64,000 nucleotides of DNA from Poseidonia sp. (lineage in GTDB: Archaea; Thermoplasmatota; Poseidoniia; Poseidoniales; Poseidoniaceae): the NCBI GenBank assembly GCA_965661285.1, contig CBFIDD010000001.1, positions 436,852-500,851 of the forward strand, written 5' to 3'. A program made the translations under genes and the position numbers. The notes beneath the pieces are model-generated. The model ran no database searches. It saw only the letters and a list, made by a program, of their open reading frames with translations, and was not told where the DNA came from. Shown here one piece after another: positions 55,337 to 64,000 of the stretch. How positions within the stretch are numbered: position 1 is the first letter of the stretch; each line of letters opens with the position of its first letter.

Positions 55337-58021
55337 TCAGAAGGAGAACAGGCTGGTTTGCTTATTTCCTGCCATCAGGTCCTTTGCGTTCCAGTCAAAG
55401 GCTTCCGTGATACGACCCACTGCGGCTGCCAAACGCTCAGCATAGAACTGCCCGTCGTAGACCACGTTGGCTTGGTCCTCCTCATTTTCAAGCCAAGGCA
55501 CGGCCTTCATGGGCGGCTTACTCGCATCGGTGACCACGTAGGACACCTTCATTCCGGTCGTGAAGCCAAGACCCCGTTGGATGCGCTGCTTGGCGACGCG
55601 GACTTGGACCATGCTGTCCGGTTTGCTGTAATCCTTGGTGAAATCCACATCGTCCGGAGCCTTTACCGGCGTTCGAACCACGCGACCCTTGCAGGATTTT
55701 GCAAGCACGACCTCGCTGGCGGGAACCGCGCCCTTGCGAAGGGCTTCCACCCGCTGCTTGGCGTAGGCGACGAGTTCATCCCCCTGGTCGGCCAGGGCGT
55801 AGCGGAAGATTTCTTTCATGGTCGTGGTGAGGTAGCTAAACGAATCCGTGCGCTGTGTTTCGTACCCCCGGACCAGCATCTCGTGAGATGGCCAAACCAC
55901 CTGGCCGATGTAGCGTTTCTTCGCACCGTGGCTGAAGAAGACCGAGAGACCTTTCTCGAATTCCAACACCGCGGAATCTCGACTGTAGGCAGCGGCAAGT
56001 TCCTGGCCAAACGCCACCATGCTCGCCACCGCGGCCTCGTGCGCTTCAACAAGCGCTCGTGCCTCTTCGTCTCCGGAAGCGGCTCTCGTTCGGTCATCCT
56101 CGCTGAGTTGACGAGGGGCTTCGGGAGAGATCGGGCTTCGCACGAAAATCGAATCGGTGTCGGAGTAGACCACGCCGTGGCCTTCGTTTTCCACCGCAGC
56201 GATGATGCCCTTGATGTTTTGACGGGCCCAGGCGGTGATGGACGAGCCCAAATCTCGGTGCGTGAAACGGTAGAATCCACTGGCAAAGACCCCGTAAAAG
56301 GAGTTCATGAGAATTTTCACAGCGTACTGCATCGCATCGTGGAAGGCTTCCGCAGTTTCGTCATCGTCGGATTTCGCCCGCCTGATGGCTGCTTTGTGCT
56401 CATCCCGCTGCGCCATCAAGTCCTCCAACAACGCCGGAACCATGCCTTTGCGGTCCTCAGCGAGGCGGAACTTGCTCTCGATGGGCGAGGTGTGATACTG
56501 GCCTTCAGCCGGTGGGTCGGGTTGGGCCGGGTCGATGCGGGTGGTGTAGCAGATGTTGTGGCCGATCATGATGGACGGGTACATGCTCTTGAAGTCAAGA
56601 ACCGCAATCCACGGGTGAAGACCTGCCTCGACGTCGTGGACGTAACCGCCGGTGATTTGACCCTGTTTGGCTTCAGCAGAACCGGTGAGCGGAACGGCGA
56701 CGTTTTGCTTGTCCGCAAGACGGATGACGAGGGAATCGATGAGTTGGCTGGTGCTTCCGTTGGCTGCGGTATCAAACGGCACCTTCGCGACCGCAGCCAC
56801 GGCCTCCTTTCTGCGAACCGCTTGTATCGCTCGTAGGATGTCCAACGGAAGTTCTGCATCTCGTATGCAATAGTCCAACACCTCGTCAGGCCTTGTCGCC
56901 CATTCGTGGTCCATGTTGGACGCATCAACGTCCATCTTGTGCTTTTCCTCATCGTCGGGGAAGAGAAGGGTGGCAACAAACGACAGCGTTTCCCTGCGGG
57001 GACGCAAGGCTTGCCGTGCCTGCCACCACGCATCCATGACGACGCGCCCCGAGAGGTTCCAAGCACGGTTGCTCTGACGCTTTGGGACGAGAGCGTCACG
57101 TTGGCGCTTCAATTCGGACTCCATCGGTGGAGCGCGCCCCCACCCGAACAGGGCCTTGGTGCCTTCCCAGCCTCGCCCACGCTGGAGAATCGCCGTGCGG
57201 TCAGCCAGTCGAGGCAGGTCAAAATTGTCGATATTGTAGCCCGTGATGATGTCGGGGTCGGTGGCTTGGACCGTGGCGGTCAATCCCTCGAGAATGTCTT
57301 GCTCTGTTCCTCGGTACGAATAGACCGTTCGCTTTCCAGTCGCAAGATGTTCGACACAGGCTGCGGCACAGAGGACGTGTTCATGTTCAATGCTCGTTTC
57401 GAGATCAAAGGAGAAGACGGTGTAAGGAACCTGGAAAGGCTCGGTTGACACGATATCGTCAACCTCACATCGAACGGTGCAATCCACGCCGTACCGCCCC
57501 GCACCGCCCGCTTCGATGACCCCGGGTTTGGCGACGGGCCCATCATCGTCTCTTGTATCAACGGCGCTTCCCGAAAACGCAACGTGCATGCCGACATCGC
57601 CGTCAAGGAAAAACCGGTTGACGAAGGGAATATCTCCGGAATAGATTTGCCACGACCTCGACTTCAAGAGTTTTCGAAGCGAGGGGACGTGGAAGGGTTG
57701 CTCAACTTCGATGGTCCACACCGGGCGCTGGCCCAACTGCGTCCATTTCACGACCGGCCCGGTAACATCGACGATATGTTCCATCGCACGAACCTGAGCC
57801 AGACGATCTTCGACAAAGGCGGGTACATCTCCGGATGAATCCCAGGTGCCAATGGGGGCGATTTCGAAGGTGGGTCGCAAGCCGTGGACGAGCAAGCAAA
57901 CGGACTGGCCCGAATCGGTTCGGCCGAACAACTCGACCACGGTGAGTGGGCGCGCCTCGCCCTCAACGACGGTTTGGGTTGAGCGGTACCGTCCGCTCAC
58001 AATGCCCATTCGTCCCTCCAC
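55337..58021 (-). CDS. polB: Family B DNA polymerase
   Basis: Exo motifs FDLET and GYNIDNFDL; pol motifs DFKSMYPS, KILMNSFYG, YSDTDS, KKRY; C-terminal PIP box QTSLFSF. Confidence 0.96.
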   Translation of the reverse strand: MEGRMGIVSGRYRSTQTVVEGEARPLTVVELFGRTDSGQSVCLLVHGLRPTFEIAPIGTWDSSGDVPAFVEDRLAQVRAMEHIVDVTGPVVKWTQLGQRPVWTIEVEQPFHVPSLRKLLKSRSWQIYSGDIPFVNRFFLDGDVGMHVAFSGSAVDTRDDDGPVAKPGVIEAGGAGRYGVDCTVRCEVDDIVSTEPFQVPYTVFSFDLETSIEHEHVLCAAACVEHLATGKRTVYSYRGTEQDILEGLTATVQATDPDIITGYNIDNFDLPRLADRTAILQRGRGWEGTKALFGWGRAPPMESELKRQRDALVPKRQSNRAWNLSGRVVMDAWWQARQALRPRRETLSFVATLLFPDDEEKHKMDVDASNMDHEWATRPDEVLDYCIRDAELPLDILRAIQAVRRKEAVAAVAKVPFDTAANGSTSQLIDSLVIRLADKQNVAVPLTGSAEAKQGQITGGYVHDVEAGLHPWIAVLDFKSMYPSIMIGHNICYTTRIDPAQPDPPAEGQYHTSPIESKFRLAEDRKGMVPALLEDLMAQRDEHKAAIRRAKSDDDETAEAFHDAMQYAVKILMNSFYGVFASGFYRFTHRDLGSSITAWARQNIKGIIAAVENEGHGVVYSDTDSIFVRSPISPEAPRQLSEDDRTRAASGDEEARALVEAHEAAVASMVAFGQELAAAYSRDSAVLEFEKGLSVFFSHGAKKRYIGQVVWPSHEMLVRGYETQRTDSFSYLTTTMKEIFRYALADQGDELVAYAKQRVEALRKGAVPASEVVLAKSCKGRVVRTPVKAPDDVDFTKDYSKPDSMVQVRVAKQRIQRGLGFTTGMKVSYVVTDASKPPMKAVPWLENEEDQANVVYDGQFYAERLAAAVGRITEAFDWNAKDLMAGNKQTSLFSF

Positions 58022-58167
58022 GTAGCAACCCCAGTGACCTTCATCATTTCACCCCATTAGAACCCATCTACGACCGTTGATGGAGAATCTTCTCACATGC
58101 GCAAAAAATGCGAGAGCAATCCTTGAAAGCCTCATCTCAATCGCTCAGTTTGGTAGGACGGTTGAGC

Positions 58168-59184
58168 ATGGACGAATCATTTGACTGGGACAGCCTCACG
58201 TTTTCGCTCACGCCAACCGACACGATGTACGTGACGACCACGAACGCTGACGAGCCGTGGATGCCCGGCGAACTCCACCCCTACGGCCCCGTCCCCATGT
58301 CGCCTGCTGCAGGGGTCCTCAATTACGGCCAAGGTTTGTTTGAGGGAATGAAAGCCTACCGGACCTCAAAAGACCGCATCGTGTTTTTCCGCCCAGAAGA
58401 AAACGCTCGACGCATGCAGCGTGGGGCTGACCGACTGAAGATGCCGCCCGTGCCCGAATCCATTTTTGTTGATGCTGTTGAACAGGTCGTCGCCGCCAAT
58501 CAGCACTGGGTGCCTCCCTCTGGACGAGGCGCCATGTATGTTCGTCCGCTCTTGATGGGAAGCGGCCCCGTTCTCGGCGTTGCCCCCGCCCCGGCGTACA
58601 CGTTCATGATTTACGTCACCCCCGTTGGGCCGTATTTCAAGGGCGGGATGGTGGCCATTGACCTGTTGATTTCCGAAAACCACCACCGTGCGGCTCCCGG
58701 AGGGTCGGGTGGCGTCAAAGCCATTGGCAACTATGCGCCGGGAATGAAACCCAGTAAAGAAGCAAAGGCTCAAGGCTATGCTGAGGTGATTTACCTCGAT
58801 GCTGAAACCCACACCGACATCGAAGAAGTGGGTGCGGCGAACTTCTTCTGTGTGAAGGACAAGGTCCTCTACACGCCGGAACTGACGGGAACCATCCTTC
58901 CCGGCATCACCCGAGACTCCATCATTCAACTCGCTCGACACCGCGGCTACGACGTGGTCGAGGGCAAGGTGCCCGCCGCTTTCGCCATGGCGGCTGATGA
59001 GGCCTTTTGTTGCGGGACAGCCGCCGTGATTTCCCCCATCGGTTCCATCACGCACGACGGCGAGAAGACCGTGTACGGCGACGGCCAACCCGGCACCATC
59101 ACGGTTGAGCTCTACGATGCCCTGACCGGCATCCAAAACGAGACCGAAGACGACATCTTTGGCTGGCTTCATCCGTTGCCCTGA
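58168..59184 (+). CDS. ilvE: Branched-chain amino acid aminotransferase
   Basis: LNYGQGLFEGMKAY, YVRP, KAIGNYA, EEVGAANFF, ILPGITR, GTAAVISP. Confidence 0.95.
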   Translation: MDESFDWDSLTFSLTPTDTMYVTTTNADEPWMPGELHPYGPVPMSPAAGVLNYGQGLFEGMKAYRTSKDRIVFFRPEENARRMQRGADRLKMPPVPESIFVDAVEQVVAANQHWVPPSGRGAMYVRPLLMGSGPVLGVAPAPAYTFMIYVTPVGPYFKGGMVAIDLLISENHHRAAPGGSGGVKAIGNYAPGMKPSKEAKAQGYAEVIYLDAETHTDIEEVGAANFFCVKDKVLYTPELTGTILPGITRDSIIQLARHRGYDVVEGKVPAAFAMAADEAFCCGTAAVISPIGSITHDGEKTVYGDGQPGTITVELYDALTGIQNETEDDIFGWLHPLP

Positions 59185-59654
59185 CGGCGAGAAACCACCG
59201 CCCAAGCCAACACCAACGCGAACGCTGTGGCCGATGCCGAGAGGAACGGTGTGTTTTCCTCCTCAACCTCCACGAGCGGCTCTTCCGCTAGAGGAGGTGC
59301 GGGTTCAACCGTGATTTGGCCGACCATGCCCATGGATTCGTGCGGCTCGCAAACAAAGTCGTAGGTGCCGTTGCTGCCTCGCTCAAACGTGTAGGAATAG
59401 TCCACTGAGCGCTCTGGTTCCCCCGAATCGAACACGTCGTTGGCTTCAACCGCATTGTGAGGAAGGGCCTGCCCGCTCCAAAAGAAACGGACCGTATCAC
59501 CTTCGGTGATGGTGACCTGGGATGGGGAGAACCGCAGATTGGTGCTGTCAACGCTGATGACGACGGTTTCTGGTTCATCGCTTTGAGGCTCGAGATCGCC
59601 TTGAACACCACCGGCCAGGAAAAGCACTGTCAACAGCACGAGGAGGGTTCGCAT
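59169..59654 (-). CDS. Plastocyanin/halocyanin-like blue copper protein, membrane anchored
   Basis: Signal peptide, PHNA, CEPHESMGM copper ligands, C-terminal TM. Confidence 0.9.
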   Translation of the reverse strand: MRTLLVLLTVLFLAGGVQGDLEPQSDEPETVVISVDSTNLRFSPSQVTITEGDTVRFFWSGQALPHNAVEANDVFDSGEPERSVDYSYTFERGSNGTYDFVCEPHESMGMVGQITVEPAPPLAEEPLVEVEEENTPFLSASATAFALVLAWAVVSRRQGNG

Positions 59655-59697
59655 GTTCAGAAATGAACCTCAAAGGTTATCAAATTCTGTTTCGATT

Positions 59698-60141
59698 TCA
59701 ACGCTTTTTGAGGCTCTTTCGCTTCTTGAAACTGCTGCGCTGTTGCGTGTTTTTCCGCTGGGAGCGAGCACGGCGGTCGCCGGTTTTGGGCCCGCTTGCC
59801 GATTGTTTGACGGCTTCTTGACGCTGATTGCGCTGCATTTCCCTCCATTGACCGCCGATGAGTTGGAGCAACTCTTCTTTGCTCCCCGCACCGATGGATT
59901 CCTTCGCCCCTTTGGCCGATACCCAGAGACGACCTTCCCGGCCGTGAGGACGGCGTGGATGAGACGTGTGCTCTTCACGCTTGATTTTGCGAAGACCCAC
60001 CGCACGTGCCGCCATGAAGAGGCCCTCGAGGTCTGGCTTGAGGACCGAAGCGTCTTTTGGAACGCGCCGACCGGCACGGCGAGATTGTTTCATGTCAAAA
60101 TAACCCGGCCAAACACAAAGTCGGTCGGGGTTATGGTCCAT
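59698..60141 (-). CDS. srp19: Signal recognition particle protein SRP19
   Basis: VWPGYFD..SRRAGRRVPK, HPRRP..GR. Confidence 0.9.
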   Translation of the reverse strand: MDHNPDRLCVWPGYFDMKQSRRAGRRVPKDASVLKPDLEGLFMAARAVGLRKIKREEHTSHPRRPHGREGRLWVSAKGAKESIGAGSKEELLQLIGGQWREMQRNQRQEAVKQSASGPKTGDRRARSQRKNTQQRSSFKKRKSLKKR

Positions 60142-60195
60142 GTGCTCGCCTCATACGCCGCTCACGGCGTGTTCTCTTCAAGCCGTCGCTCGGCT

Positions 60196-60576
60196 TCACT
60201 CGAGCAGGACGCCGTTGATGACACCGTCTTTGCCCGGGCGGGACGTGATGCGCACTCGACCTTTGTCCGTCTCGATGACGGCACCTTTGACCAGGATGTT
60301 TCGTCGAACGTAGTTGGGGTCGGAAGCGTTCTCAACCACGCTGTGAATCGTGCCCAAGGTCGTCTTCCCGTTCTTCGGGTTGTTGATGCTCACTTGGTTG
60401 GCGGCCATCACGCGGACCATGGTGTTGCCACCGGTCTTGCGGTAGACCTTCCGCTTGGGTTCGCCAACGAGGGCGAATTGCTTCTCAGTGGAAATTTCGG
60501 TCGCTCGCTTGCCGCGTGCCTGAACCTTGCGTCCACCGGATGGTTTGCGTCGTGAAATTCCGTGCCATTGAGCCAT
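60196..60576 (-). CDS. rps8e: 30S ribosomal protein S8e
   Basis: WHGISRRKPSGG, GGN, NYVRRNILVKGAVI, TSRPGKDGVINGVL. Confidence 0.96.
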   Translation of the reverse strand: MAQWHGISRRKPSGGRKVQARGKRATEISTEKQFALVGEPKRKVYRKTGGNTMVRVMAANQVSINNPKNGKTTLGTIHSVVENASDPNYVRRNILVKGAVIETDKGRVRITSRPGKDGVINGVLLE

Positions 60577-60612
60577 AGGGATGTCTCCTGCGTCGCCACC
60601 CACCGGCAGGGG

Positions 60613-60622
60613 CTATATCAAA
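60613..60622 (-). promoter_or_regulatory. Putative TATA-like element TTTGATATAG upstream of rps8e
   Basis: Identical to the element upstream of tuf. Confidence 0.55.
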
Positions 60623-60629
60623 GCAACCC

Positions 60630-61238
60630 TCACGCACAGCCAACATCAATCTCCGAAAGGCAATCCCCTTCGGCGTTGGTCAGACGCGCCACGACCCTGT
60701 CGCCCGGATGCAATTCCCCCACTCCCTGAGGCGTGCCCGTGAACAACACATCGCCTTCTGCTACAGGAGCCCATGTTCGCAAGGATTCGATTTGCTGCCG
60801 TGGCGAGACCGACATTTCGTGCAGGGGAGTTGACTGGCGAGGGGTACCGTTCACCTCGAGTGAGACATGGAGGCCGACGTCGTTGGACACGATGGCTTCC
60901 CAGGACCCATCCCACAACGACCACGGTCCAATCACCGCCGAGGACGTGAAGCATTTTCCTTTGGCCCACGGCAGTTGCTCTGCACGGAGGTCGCTCTGCG
61001 TCGCACGGTCGGTCAAATCCAAGCCGACAGCCAACGCCACCGGCTTCAGGCCAGGGCCGATACGAACGACGCACTCAACCTCGTGATGCACCTCACCAGG
61101 ATGTTGGCTGACAGGAATCGGCCCGCTGTCGTGGAGGCAACCCGATGGTTTGACGAAGAAGATCGGTTCGGCAGGCAGTTGATTTCCCAGCTCCAACGCG
61201 TGTTTGGAGAAGGTTCGGATGGTGCACCACATGGCCAT
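60630..61238 (-). CDS. Fumarylacetoacetate hydrolase family protein
   Basis: HALELGN, PIFFVKP, VHHEVE, GLDLTDR, PWAKGKCF, GDVLFTGTP.GVG. Confidence 0.92.
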   Translation of the reverse strand: MAMWCTIRTFSKHALELGNQLPAEPIFFVKPSGCLHDSGPIPVSQHPGEVHHEVECVVRIGPGLKPVALAVGLDLTDRATQSDLRAEQLPWAKGKCFTSSAVIGPWSLWDGSWEAIVSNDVGLHVSLEVNGTPRQSTPLHEMSVSPRQQIESLRTWAPVAEGDVLFTGTPQGVGELHPGDRVVARLTNAEGDCLSEIDVGCA

Positions 61239-61313
61239 GGTTTGATGACAGGGTTTTGGTTCATCAAGAGCGCGATGCCCAAGGATGATAGCCCCGCCGC
61301 CCTCGTCCGTCTC

Positions 61314-61820
61314 ATGGCCAACGAGTGGAGCATCCGCAAGCGGCGACCGGTTCGGCGGAAACACATCGCACCGCTGCTGAAGACCTTGGAGAGCGACCTC
61401 GCCATTGACTTGAACATTGACGGTGCTTTTCTCGAAATGGCAGAATACGGCCCGTGGACCATGGTGTTTGTCGACCGCACCCCCCTCGTTGTTGAATTGA
61501 TAGACGACGAAGGAGAACGATGCGTTTTCCTCACGCTCCGCGGCTTTTTACAACACATGGACGCGCTCAAGTGGGTGGAGGTTGACCACGGTGCCATCCC
61601 GTTTCTGATGAACGGTGCCGATTGCATGGTCGCTGGTGTTCACGGGGCAGAGCCTTCGGTTCAATCCGGCGACCTGGTATGGATTCGCGACATGACGCAC
61701 AAACGTCCGCTCGCGCTCGGATGGGCCATGGACGAAGCCGAGGCCCTGGTGGAAAACACCAAAGGAAAGGGCATCAAAACCGTCCATTGGGTCGGAGATG
61801 AACTGTGGGACATGGAATAA
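61314..61820 (+). CDS. PUA-domain RNA-binding protein (DUF1947/MCT-1-like)
   Basis: LTLRG, VEVDHGAIPFLMNGADCM.AGV, KGKGIKTVHWVGDELW; start uncertain (61275 or 61314). Confidence 0.88.
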   Translation: MANEWSIRKRRPVRRKHIAPLLKTLESDLAIDLNIDGAFLEMAEYGPWTMVFVDRTPLVVELIDDEGERCVFLTLRGFLQHMDALKWVEVDHGAIPFLMNGADCMVAGVHGAEPSVQSGDLVWIRDMTHKRPLALGWAMDEAEALVENTKGKGIKTVHWVGDELWDME

Positions 61821-61867
61821 ACAGCCCCGGGAAGAACCCAAATAAGGGAGCAGAAGGAGGGTATACT

Positions 61868-62470
61868 ATGATGCGCAGGGTTTCCCTCGTTCTGGCGTTT
61901 TGTATGATGCTTTCAGCCATCGCTGGCGCGCATGCTGGTGAAAGCGAAGGTGGAGAAGACGTCAACCCCGGCGACGATGTGCCTTTTGAGGTGATTGAGC
62001 GGACGACGCCCTCGCAGGACAGTACGCCGTGGTCGCTGAGCGTTGCGCTCGACCAAGACGCTGTTGACAACGGTACGACGCTTGAAATCACCACCCAAAT
62101 TTGCCTGAACAATGGCGTATGCGACCCGCCCATGAAACAAGACGCCACCGTGAGTGATGATGGAAGCACCTACAGCATGGCGTTGGAGCCGCCATCCGAC
62201 CACTCGTACGTGAACTGGCGCATCAAGGCCACCTACCCAGACGAATCCACCGAGAACTTCCCGAACGGCGAATGGTACAAGACGTGGTCTTCGTGCTACT
62301 ACCAAGCCGATGGGTACGGCGGTATCCACGCTGACGGAGATGGCTGCAACGTGCCCGGCTCGGGCGAAAGCGAGGGTTTCTTGCCGTCGGTTGGGATGCT
62401 GATGACCTTGGTCGCCGCCTGCGGAGCAGCGGTAGCGGTGGCCGGGTGGTCGTCGCGAAACCGAGCGTGA
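61868..62470 (+). CDS. Secreted Cys-containing hypothetical protein with C-terminal anchor
   Basis: Signal peptide; QICLNNGVC; GFLPSVG + TM + basic tail. Confidence 0.7.
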   Translation: MMRRVSLVLAFCMMLSAIAGAHAGESEGGEDVNPGDDVPFEVIERTTPSQDSTPWSLSVALDQDAVDNGTTLEITTQICLNNGVCDPPMKQDATVSDDGSTYSMALEPPSDHSYVNWRIKATYPDESTENFPNGEWYKTWSSCYYQADGYGGIHADGDGCNVPGSGESEGFLPSVGMLMTLVAACGAAVAVAGWSSRNRA

Positions 62471-62474
62471 GTCC

Positions 62475-62876
62475 TCAGCGATTGGCTTGATGTTCAACCA
62501 AACGCTCGATGAAGCGGCGCTGTTCCATTGACCACGCCGTGAGAAGCACGCTGACGCTGGTTCGCTCCTTGTTCAATTGGCCCTCGGAAAACCCGGCGGC
62601 CATCAGATCGCTTTCGACCAGAGGAAGATGCTCGCCGGTCATGACAAGCCGGCAGCCGTCGGCTTCAATCCGTGCAGAACCCCACGCAAAGGCGAGGGTG
62701 GCCTCCTCGGCTTCAAACTCAAGTCCGCCGGCGCGCAGGAAGCGTTGAAGGGCTGCAAACAACGCCTCGCCGTCGCCTTTCTGGCCGTCGTCCACACCGC
62801 CATAGGCCGAGAGAAAATCCAACTCGGTTTCGTTCTGTGTCATCAGGTGGTCAAGGCCCCGGGCGTCCTCGCTCAT
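62475..62876 (-). CDS. Hypothetical protein
   Basis: Coupled to the upstream gene by a TGATG overlap; typical codon usage. Confidence 0.6.
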   Translation of the reverse strand: MSEDARGLDHLMTQNETELDFLSAYGGVDDGQKGDGEALFAALQRFLRAGGLEFEAEEATLAFAWGSARIEADGCRLVMTGEHLPLVESDLMAAGFSEGQLNKERTSVSVLLTAWSMEQRRFIERLVEHQANR

Positions 62877-64000
62877 CAGCCCAACTCCTCGACGGAAAGA
62901 CTGGTCCACCCGATGAGTCGACCGTCGGTAGCGTCGGCGAGGAGGGAGAAACTGCGGTCTTTGTTGCCGTCTTCCCACTGCCGCTGAACGTCCACCGTCG
63001 TGGCACCTGAGGTATCGAGGAAATCGCTGAAGTCAATACCAAAACCGGTGCCGGGAACGACGACGAGGTAGCCCATGCTCGTGGTGGCGTGGGGACCGTT
63101 GTTGTCGTAGAGCCCCATGGGCCCGGTCAACGCCGGGAAACGTTGGTCGTCCATCAATCGGGATTCAATGTCGTGGAGGGGAAGCACCTTGGGAATCGCA
63201 TCCCGATTGTGGGTAATGGATTCGTCAAACGTGCCTTTGGCAATGTATTCGCAAACCAGCGCTTCACTTCCCCCACCGGAGACCGAAAAGTGGAGCCAAC
63301 CGGCCGTGGTATCGCTGTCCACCCAGGAGAGATTCCACTCCGTCGCCGTGCCGTTCTGATGGTCCACGGCTCGCCAGACATACCCGTCGTTTTGCAAGGC
63401 CGTGACCGCTCCAGAGGCCACGCCGCTGAATTCATCAATGCAAGTCATGGCCACGTCGAGCGGATGTTGACGCACGGTGGAGTTGTCGGGAAGATGGGTG
63501 GCGTCAACGCCCCAATTCACGAGTTCGTCGTCATCGGGATTGAGGTCGTTGGCTTGCGGACGGTTATCGTAGGTCTTGCCCAATTCAATGGCTTTGATAC
63601 CCCGGGAAAGCGTGGTTTGCTCGAACGTGTGGTGGAGTTCAATCTCACCTTCCGGCAACACGGCATCAACACCTCGCTGCTGCCAAGCTGAACAACTGCT
63701 CTGGGAGGCTTCGCTGCTGCTGATGGCCACATCGACCGTTTGGCGGGCAGCCCACGGACTATCGGCGTCCAACCACATCGTCATGGATGCATACCCGAGA
63801 CAGAAATCGCGAACATCCCGATGGCTGGCGGTCACCTTCCACATGCTGGTGGATCCGACCTTTTCAGAACCGGTCACCCGCCATTCCCATCCAGAGCTGG
63901 TTCCGGTCGCATCTTTGGTGATGTAGGCGTTGCCAAAGAAGTCAGCCAGTTCAACCGGTGCGATGACCATGCCAAGACCGGGTGAGAGTTCCTCAAGGTC
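62876..64000 (-). CDS. Hypothetical, probably extracytoplasmic protein (5' part outside the window)
   Basis: Long open frame running to the window edge; beta-rich, with Cys residues. Confidence 0.65.
   Translation of the reverse strand, partial: DLEELSPGLGMVIAPVELADFFGNAYITKDATGTSSGWEWRVTGSEKVGSTSMWKVTASHRDVRDFCLGYASMTMWLDADSPWAARQTVDVAISSSEASQSSCSAWQQRGVDAVLPEGEIELHHTFEQTTLSRGIKAIELGKTYDNRPQANDLNPDDDELVNWGVDATHLPDNSTVRQHPLDVAMTCIDEFSGVASGAVTALQNDGYVWRAVDHQNGTATEWNLSWVDSDTTAGWLHFSVSGGGSEALVCEYIAKGTFDESITHNRDAIPKVLPLHDIESRLMDDQRFPALTGPMGLYDNNGPHATTSMGYLVVVPGTGFGIDFSDFLDTSGATTVDVQRQWEDGNKDRSFSLLADATDGRLIGWTSLSVEELG

Noticed and set aside
55337-58021. PolB as marker of a virus or casposon
   Set aside because: Cellular-type enzyme with PIP box among housekeeping genes; no integrase, Cas1, capsid or terminal repeats

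Overview
GC-rich (by eye about 58-60%) archaeal chromosomal segment. Gene content and style point to Marine Group II Euryarchaeota (Ca. Poseidoniales): aIF5B-ndk-L24e-S28e-L7Ae, EF-1alpha-S10, S8e-SRP19, PolB, GINS, deoxyhypusine synthase, GGR, bacterial-type UvrB and SerS, and thrombospondin-repeat/PKD surface proteins. Most of it is housekeeping: translation, repair, UbiA/UbiD quinone genes, CcmF, a leucine-catabolic carboxylase operon, an MMPL transporter cluster and two tRNAs. The main unexplained signal is a 14-bp AT-rich palindrome, TTTCCAATTGGAAA. It occurs in three exact copies and several near-copies between 11 and 31 kb, often paired at 20-21 bp spacing, including inside coding sequences where codon usage turns locally AT-rich. 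The densest group lies in a 400-bp AT-rich intergenic island about 7 kb from an orphan ParA and a small RHH + dead-PIN gene pair. This is a candidate undescribed centromere-like (parS/SegB-like) or origin-associated system. Other oddities: a 66-67-bp tandem repeat of the tRNA-Leu 3' end, a zinc-finger insertion in aIF5B, a presenilin-like protease with a large inserted ectodomain, a SlyD-SAP fusion and a GIDE-domain membrane protein. All product calls come from motif recognition by eye; no database searches were run.
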